Below, piece by piece: positions 15,329 to 19,870 of a stretch of DNA of 19,870 bases. The position numbers and the translations under genes were made by a program. Positions within the stretch are counted from its first letter, which is position 1. Each line of letters starts with the position of its first letter. Origin of the DNA: a virus (Duplodnaviria; Heunggongvirae; Uroviricota; Caudoviricetes); the IMG/VR virus record IMGVR_UViG_3300033066_001908. One strand, written 5' to 3'. The notes under the pieces were generated by a model. The model was not told the DNA's origin, searched no databases, and saw nothing but the letters and a program-made list of their open reading frames with translations.

Positions 15329-15900
15329 TAGGAACCCTTCCCGACCGAGTTCCTCCCGAGGACTTTACTTCGGCGAACTGCGATCGTGATATGAAAACGG
15401 TGCTTGTCTTCATTGGGAAGGCTGCTTAGACCATAACTCCGTCGAAGCCTTTCCAGTGCCGGCGAATGCACCTGGATGAACCAAACCTTTTCCATATCAC
15501 CCCACCCTGACGGCTTTACCGTCTGTACCGGGCCGAGTGTGTATGGAAACTGATGTCCACGTTCCGTGATCTTGTCCGCTCCCCCGATCTGCTCGATTTC
15601 ATCTGGGTTCATGACTGTGATATGCGCGTTGTACTGCCCAGTAGATTCTTTCTTGGGTAGCTCGATCCCTTGTTCGCCCAAGGCATCGAAAGCGCCGCGA
15701 CCCAGTGCATTTGGTACGTTGAGCAGCAACCAGCCGCTTGACGAGACGTACAGCGAGCCCATCAGGGATTGCACCGTTTCCGGCTTCCCTGCCGTCTTAC
15801 ACAACATTGTGTGCGCGTACGACTGATCGTAAACGCGCTGCTGCAACCTCATGTTGAGCATGGCTTCAAATTCTGCACCGATCAAATTCAGTCTGAACAT
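15328..15900 (-). CDS. 2H phosphoesterase superfamily protein (LigT / Acb1-like), 190 aa
   Basis: Two H-x-T-hydrophobic motifs: NAHITVM (about 15613-15624) and RFHITIA (about 15382-15393), about 77 residues apart as in the 2H fold. Confidence 0.82.
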   Translation of the reverse strand: MFRLNLIGAEFEAMLNMRLQQRVYDQSYAHTMLCKTAGKPETVQSLMGSLYVSSSGWLLLNVPNALGRGAFDALGEQGIELPKKESTGQYNAHITVMNPDEIEQIGGADKITERGHQFPYTLGPVQTVKPSGWGDMEKVWFIQVHSPALERLRRSYGLSSLPNEDKHRFHITIAVRRSKVLGRNSVGKGS

Positions 15901-15968
15901 GGTCTCGCTTCCCCAGGTTCCCCTTCTGGAGTCCTCTTCACGTGCGCGGAGTCTACCGCAATCGTGCA

Positions 15969-15998
15969 GTTCCAGGTATATCGGCGCTTACCTGGAAC
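15969..15998. promoter_or_regulatory. Perfect 10-bp inverted repeat with 10-nt loop (GTTCCAGGTA-N10-TACCTGGAAC)
   Basis: Directly visible in the only large intergenic gap, about 70 nt upstream of the ATG at 15900. No U-tract on either side, so not a classical intrinsic terminator. Role unknown. Confidence 0.5.
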
Positions 15999-16069
15999 AC
16001 AAACTATCGCTACAGCCTGTGCTAAGTCGACCAGAACAATTGGACTTCCCTGTCGTCATGTTCTGCTAC

Positions 16070-16136
16070 CAACCGGCGCCTCGGTTAAACGAGATGGGGA
16101 AATTAGATAGACAACCGGCTGTTTTTGCAACCGGTT
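16070..16136. repeat. Three copies of CAACCGG (16070, 16112, 16128) that can also form small hairpins
   Basis: Read directly. On the minus strand, CCGGTTG-CAAAAA-CAGCCGG forms a 7-bp stem (one G-U) immediately after the TAA at 16135. Candidate operator/promoter element or weak terminator. Confidence 0.5.
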
Positions 16137-16785
16137 ATGTCAAGTTCCTGAGCTTAATTGGCCGGCGCCCAGCCACCAGGAAGATGTCTTTCTTGGGCAA
16201 AGTGCGTTCAGAAACGAGCGTCAGCGAACTCCGAAACAGTGTCTCAGCCAAGCCCCAGCCCTGCATCTTCGTGACCGGATCGTTACGAAAAGCACACACA
16301 GCCAGGTATGGGTTTGCTGGACGATTCTCCATGATGGCTTCGTAAAAGGCACGCCAAAAGGGCTGCTTGCCGGTGGTCATCTTGATTCGGCCCAGCGTGT
16401 GTCGATGGTCATATGGCCGAAACATTTGATCGCGATCCTTTGCGATCTGACACAGCTCCGTGATCATCGCCCAGTTTTGTTCTGGGATGTAGATCTTGTG
16501 CTGCTGGCACCAGGCCACGTACTGATCGTTGTAGACATTCAGCAAGTGGGGAGCGTACTCCGGCCACACATCCTCCAACTCAGCACCACGCTTGATCAGG
16601 CCAAGAACGGCACGCTGCTCATGTCGAAGCCGCTCAGGCTCCTTGATGTGCAGTGTGAAAGCATTCAGTAACCAGAGCACATCTTCCGGGATCCCGTAAC
16701 GCGGCCCTTCGCTGGGCAGCAGTAAGCAGTTTTCAATGCACTCGTCCAGCCCTTCCCACTCACCGGCGCCCATGAAGGCTCGCAT
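16135..16785 (-). CDS. Hypothetical protein, 216 aa
   Basis: AGGA SD, ATG 7 nt after the glycosyltransferase stop, normal composition; no family recognised. Confidence 0.75.
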   Translation of the reverse strand: MRAFMGAGEWEGLDECIENCLLLPSEGPRYGIPEDVLWLLNAFTLHIKEPERLRHEQRAVLGLIKRGAELEDVWPEYAPHLLNVYNDQYVAWCQQHKIYIPEQNWAMITELCQIAKDRDQMFRPYDHRHTLGRIKMTTGKQPFWRAFYEAIMENRPANPYLAVCAFRNDPVTKMQGWGLAETLFRSSLTLVSERTLPKKDIFLVAGRRPIKLRNLT

Positions 16786-16792
16786 GGTCTTC

Positions 16793-19700
16793 CTATCGAA
16801 ATGGTTGAATCAAATCCGCACAGGCTCGGTAGGAGCCTCGAAGAAACCGTAAGGTCTCGCAGACCTGGCGCATTGTGATCTCTTGCTCGAGCTTGGCCCG
16901 CTTCCGACTGCCGATCCCGATCTCTGTACTACCGGTGCAACTGTCGACGTGCTGCCGGTAGTACAAAAGTGGCCGTCCGGAAACATAGAACTTGAGATCT
17001 CGGGCGGCAGCCCGAAGGAAGAAGTCCGTATCAAGAGACGCCTTGTTGGTCTCTGTGTCGTTGAAGTCCCAGTAGCCGCCCAACTGCTCGAAAGCTCCTT
17101 GGGTAAAACCAGAGACAGGGTTAATGGCAAAATACCAGGATCCAGGATATGGATAGGTAGCTTCCAGCACGCGCATGCTGCCACCGAAGGCCAGCACGGC
17201 TGCCGTGAAGATATCGGATCCGCTCTCGCGCAGACCGTGTGCGGTATACCAAGCCCGCATGGAATGGCTGACATCGTCTGCATCTTGAATCATCCAACAT
17301 TTAGCAGACTCGCGAGCCAACACAGCATTCACGGCCATGAACTGGCCGATGTTTCGTATTGTCTGGAAGACCTTCACGCCTGGCATGTCTCTCGCTTCGA
17401 TCATGAACCAATCAGCTTCACGACTTTGCGAGAAGTCATCCACCAGATAGACGGTCATGACCGCCTTCTCTTGTGCCAGCAAGCTCTCAAGAGCCGCGCG
17501 TGCCCAATGCACTTGACCGCGGAACGGCAACACAACACTGACAGCAACGGTGCCCGGCAGTGGCGGCAATTCCCCTGGGATTGAGAACAACGGTTGCGTT
17601 GCCGGGTACCTGGCACGACTGGCTGCCACGGAAGCATGGCGACTGTTACGACCGCAAGCGATCGCATTAACCTGGAAGTCCGCCAGACTGTTGCAGAGAG
17701 CACCGGACAACCAGAAGTCGATCATGGTTTGTTTGCGAAAGCATGTTCGACCAACATCAAACGAAGCATCCGTTGTATCAACCATAAATTCCAAACCAGT
17801 GTCCCGAGTTTCGGTCACCAGGCGGATAGCTCGCGCTGGATCGTTAGCCACACCGGCAGCCGCATCCAGAATAAAGTCACTGGTCAGATCATCACGACAC
17901 GCAAGCGCCGCACCCAACCAGGAGCGACAACACGACTCGTGATAACGCAAACGAGTATCTGACAAATTGGATCGTAACTGGCTTAACTGGTCCTCGGATC
18001 CGACCGCATGCACAACCACATAGGCTTTCGCCTGATTAAGCAACTCAGTGGCTGCTTTTGTGTTATGGGCTGAATCGTCAGACAACTTGAGCACGGCATC
18101 GCAGACAATAGTCCGCTCAGGCAATGGTCGAATCGGGATGTCAGACATCCGTAGTTGCCGCAATTGCTTTCGACCGGTGCCGGTGGGATTCTTCAAGGTC
18201 TCACGCAGGTACTGGTGAAAGTTCATCGCGGCAACGTCAGCTCCAAAGTATTTTGCTACCGGAGGCAGCTCCGTCGCGGACGGTCGAGCCTTCATATCCA
18301 GAATCGTTTTGGCTAGTACAGCCGGATCGTCACCATCAAATGTGGTCCATGGCGTGTGTGCCCAATTCGGATCGTGATGGAACTCCCCGACAGCTGAGAC
18401 AGTTGGGCCAATCACCGAGCAGCCTTGCTGCAAAGCTTGCATGAGCACCAGTCCGAAGCTCTCGTGTTTGCTGCAAAGCACCAGCATGTCGACGCCAGCC
18501 AACAGATGATCGAGGTCGTCAGAAAACTCCATCCAACGGTACCGACCCGGAAGGATCCGTTTCAGCATGTCCAGGTATGGCTCTGGCTTGTCCCACTCAC
18601 TGAGGTTACCAATGTGGAGGAACTTGTAGTGCGGCGGCAACATGGCGACCGCTTGTGCCAATAACTCTGGCCGTTTGTTCGCATCCGCCCGACCAGCGAA
18701 ACAGATCACGACGTCTGCGACCTTGAAGCCCAGCTCCTTGTGTCGGATGCTGAGCACGTCTTCACGATGATCGCAGGTCTTGACCCCAGGATAGATCACC
18801 ACGACGTCTTCGCGACGTTCCGCAGGAAAGGCGAGCGCGGCCAGGTATGAAACCGCCACTGAGTGTGACGTGAATGGATCAGATGAATAGGCCCACGCTC
18901 GCGTGTAGTAATCATACCCCGAGTTGTGGGCCACAGCCACTACCGGTCCAGAATAACCGGCAGGAATACATTGGCCGATCCGCTCAAGCCCTGTATAGGC
19001 AAGAACGTCAGGCTTCCAGCGCGCGATCGCATTTGCTGCAACCTGTCGATTAGATCCACAGTCGATGACTTCGACCCCCAACGCCTGAAATTTGGCGACC
19101 AGTTTTTTATTATGCGCTGTTCCATCAACAGATACGCATCCAACCCACTTGATGCCATCGGCTTCTCCACGTTCAAACAGTTGTTCAGCCCATCGTTCTG
19201 TCCCACCGAAACCAATCGGGGTGCAGAGGAAGACGGCTCGGACCTCCGGCTTAGTGAAACGGAACTTCACGGTCGGAAGATCGTCGATTTCCGCGTATTC
19301 GTGCAGCGAAGGGATCTGGGTTCCTTCGAAGTAGACCTGCTCAACGTCCAGCGGCACTGATGCCAACACGAAATCTGCTGTCACAGCCATTCGTTTAATG
19401 GTTGTGGACAGGTTTGCGTGTTTGATACACCAGTCTGGACCTGTCAATTCAGTATAGACATCGATTCCGCGTGGCTGGGGCTGTCCAATGAGGCTTTCAC
19501 CGTCAAGAACCACTCCAGCGACCCACAGAACGTCGTCTCGACGGAATTCCAGTCGACTTTGAAGGTCTGCGTAGTCCCGACACAGCAAAATGCCGCGGAA
19601 TGGTCGATTCGCAGTACGCCAACGGTACCTATGCTCCCGTGTCCAGGCGGATACCGGGATTTGGACCTTCCGGAAGCTCTCTAAGTAGGCTGTCCAGCGC

Positions 19701-19870
19701 GCAGCACCGCGTCGAGCACTCAGATAGTCCCTCACGAACTCTTGGGCAGCTCGTACATCTTGCGGCACGACCCGTAAGTGCTCGATGAACTCACCAATCC
19801 ACTCGCAACTGGCATCGTCCCTAAACTTGTAGACCAATTCACTGTCCGACAGCACTTCCAGGTCGGGAAT
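16793..19870 (-). CDS. Multidomain glycosyltransferase (GT4/GT-B domain plus C-terminal GT2/GT-A domain), more than 1020 aa, probably 5'-truncated
   Basis: GT4: GFGGTERW, FAGRADANKRPE, DMLVLCSKHESFGLVLMQALQQG. GT2: VSVVLPFRG...VYLVDDFS...IQDADD...LGGY...DTDFFLR...YYRQH. The frame stays open upstream of the GTG at 19855 to the window edge (IPDLE...), so the true start probably lies outside. Confidence 0.88.
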   Translation of the reverse strand: MPDLEVLSDSELVYKFRDDASCEWIGEFIEHLRVVPQDVRAAQEFVRDYLSARRGAARWTAYLESFRKVQIPVSAWTREHRYRWRTANRPFRGILLCRDYADLQSRLEFRRDDVLWVAGVVLDGESLIGQPQPRGIDVYTELTGPDWCIKHANLSTTIKRMAVTADFVLASVPLDVEQVYFEGTQIPSLHEYAEIDDLPTVKFRFTKPEVRAVFLCTPIGFGGTERWAEQLFERGEADGIKWVGCVSVDGTAHNKKLVAKFQALGVEVIDCGSNRQVAANAIARWKPDVLAYTGLERIGQCIPAGYSGPVVAVAHNSGYDYYTRAWAYSSDPFTSHSVAVSYLAALAFPAERREDVVVIYPGVKTCDHREDVLSIRHKELGFKVADVVICFAGRADANKRPELLAQAVAMLPPHYKFLHIGNLSEWDKPEPYLDMLKRILPGRYRWMEFSDDLDHLLAGVDMLVLCSKHESFGLVLMQALQQGCSVIGPTVSAVGEFHHDPNWAHTPWTTFDGDDPAVLAKTILDMKARPSATELPPVAKYFGADVAAMNFHQYLRETLKNPTGTGRKQLRQLRMSDIPIRPLPERTIVCDAVLKLSDDSAHNTKAATELLNQAKAYVVVHAVGSEDQLSQLRSNLSDTRLRYHESCCRSWLGAALACRDDLTSDFILDAAAGVANDPARAIRLVTETRDTGLEFMVDTTDASFDVGRTCFRKQTMIDFWLSGALCNSLADFQVNAIACGRNSRHASVAASRARYPATQPLFSIPGELPPLPGTVAVSVVLPFRGQVHWARAALESLLAQEKAVMTVYLVDDFSQSREADWFMIEARDMPGVKVFQTIRNIGQFMAVNAVLARESAKCWMIQDADDVSHSMRAWYTAHGLRESGSDIFTAAVLAFGGSMRVLEATYPYPGSWYFAINPVSGFTQGAFEQLGGYWDFNDTETNKASLDTDFFLRAAARDLKFYVSGRPLLYYRQHVDSCTGSTEIGIGSRKRAKLEQEITMRQVCETLRFLRGSYRACADLIQPFR

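Larger units (their letters stand above)
1..19870 (-). mobile_element. Fragment of a probable large tailed-phage (or prophage) genome encoding its own multisubunit-type RNA polymerase
   Basis: Single-strand, densely packed genes with many 1-4 nt stop/start overlaps. Strongly diverged RNAP with none of the ribosomal protein, nusG or tRNA neighbours typical of cellular rpoBC. Mostly orphan genes plus phage-type accessory enzymes (2H phosphoesterase, glycosyltransferases, peptidase). No capsid, terminase, portal or integrase is visible in the window, so the phage call is inferred. Confidence 0.75.

Noticed and set aside
15969-15998. Intrinsic terminator
   Set aside because: Good stem but a 10-nt loop and no U-tract on either strand; kept only as an unexplained inverted repeat.
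16100-16146. Sigma70 promoter on the minus strand (TTGACA at the end of the 216-aa gene; TTGCAA-N17-TCTAAT)
   Set aside because: TTGACA has no -10 element at 16-18 nt, and TCTAAT lacks the critical A at the second position. Too weak to call.
1-19870. Alternative genetic code (stop reassignment)
   Set aside because: TAA, TAG and TGA all end genes at sensible, tightly packed junctions, and long ORFs are intact under the standard code.
1-19870. tRNA, rRNA, integrase, transposase, capsid, portal or terminase genes
   Set aside because: No recognisable motifs or free space for them; almost all sequence is accounted for by the listed CDSs.

Overview
All credible genes are on the minus strand, densely packed and often translationally coupled. 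The window looks like a fragment of a large uncultured tailed-phage genome, not a cellular rpoBC locus. The centrepiece is a divergent two-barrel multisubunit-type RNA polymerase with an unusual partition. One 1501-aa protein fuses the whole beta subunit to the N-terminal, catalytic part of beta-prime. The rest of beta-prime (bridge helix, trigger loop, jaw) is a separate 623-aa protein two genes downstream. I find no cysteine in either polypeptide, both canonical zinc sites are gone, and the catalytic motif reads GGDYDGD. Upstream in the same apparent operon (at least 15.9 kb) are Gly/Ala-rich glycine-zipper proteins enriched in K-x-A motifs and an envelope-directed cassette (2-TM protein, lipoprotein, papain-like C1 peptidase, exported Cys-rich thioredoxin). 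Also upstream are a DxD glycosyltransferase and a 2H phosphoesterase (candidate Acb1-like anti-defence enzyme). A 234-bp intergenic region with a hairpin and repeats separates this block from an orphan gene and a 5'-truncated GT4+GT2 multidomain glycosyltransferase. Working hypothesis (inference): a virion-packaged, injected transcription module. Alignments to E. coli RNAP were done by eye from remembered motifs; no searches were run.
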